Of a stretch of DNA of 64,000 nt, positions 63,961-64,000 are shown one piece after another (positions within the stretch are counted from its first letter, which is position 1; each line of letters starts with the position of its first letter). This DNA is from Patescibacteria group bacterium (GTDB lineage Bacteria > Patescibacteriota > Patescibacteriia > JAQUQO01). Below the pieces are notes generated by a model. That model saw only the letters and a list, made by a program, of their open reading frames with translations, ran no database searches and had not been told where the DNA came from. Both the position numbers and the translations under genes were made by a program. The DNA lies in contig JAQUQO010000001.1 in assembly GCA_028716045.1 (NCBI GenBank), positions 632,961 through 696,960 of the forward strand. The letters run 5' to 3'.

Positions 63961-64000
63961 TTATTCTTCTTCCACTTGATAATTTTTAGCCCCTTCTTCC
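63961..64000 (-). CDS. 3' end of a further minus-strand CDS running off the window (C-terminus …EEGAKNYQVEEE).
   Basis: An open frame ends with TAA at 63961-63963 on the minus strand. Identity unknown. Confidence 0.3.
   Translation of the reverse strand, partial: EEGAKNYQVEEE

Overview
This is a 64-kb chromosomal window from a low-GC bacterium. G+C looks like roughly 35-40% by eye. Gene content and style are most consistent with a reduced-genome Patescibacteria/CPR-like organism; that assignment is inference. Genes are densely packed, mostly on the minus strand.

Recognised housekeeping genes:
- glycolysis and metabolism: gpmI, pyk, gpsA, a bifunctional PGI/PMI-type SIS protein
- chaperones: groES-groEL with a CIRCE operator
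- transcription and translation: nusA, rpsO-pnp, argS, tyrS, valS, a TrmA/RlmD-type RNA methyltransferase, DksA/TraR, YraN
- envelope: yidC, uppP, lspA, a GT2 glycosyltransferase, an O-antigen-ligase-like protein, a PlsC-like acyltransferase, a Trx(CPHC)-CcdA fusion
- other: UvrD/PcrA helicase, ComM/YifB, XerC/D-type recombinase, MgtC-family, Fe/Mn superoxide dismutase, DJ-1/PfpI, NYN-domain protein, histidine phosphatase, HAD 5'-nucleotidase-like, SPFH/band-7

RNA genes: eight tRNAs (Asp-GTC, Val-TAC x2, Arg-CCG, Leu-GAG, Ile-TAT, Arg-TCT, His-GTG) and a candidate SRP (4.5S-like) RNA. There is no CRISPR array, no transposase and no prophage.

Most notable observations:
1. The 3' end of the window (60.8-64.0 kb) is a co-directional array of seven paralogous small secreted/membrane proteins. 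Each has a signal peptide, two hydrophobic helices and a shared 'YGGxxWMTAGGNExK' loop, reminiscent of TrbC/VirB2-type T4SS pilins. The array probably continues past the window edge.
2. A tRNA-Val(TAC) gene is interrupted in its D-loop by a 169-nt insertion that itself contains a complete second tRNA-Val(TAC). GC-rich segments at the two junctions are complementary.
3. A tRNA-Ile with a UAU anticodon lies next to a GC-rich structured RNA candidate (SRP-like) and a compositionally atypical, GC-rich hypothetical gene.
4. Smaller items include a Zn-ribbon insertion in TyrS, a 38-aa/114-bp tandem-repeat protein, a 520-bp ORF-free region, and palindromic repeats flanking the SIS gene.
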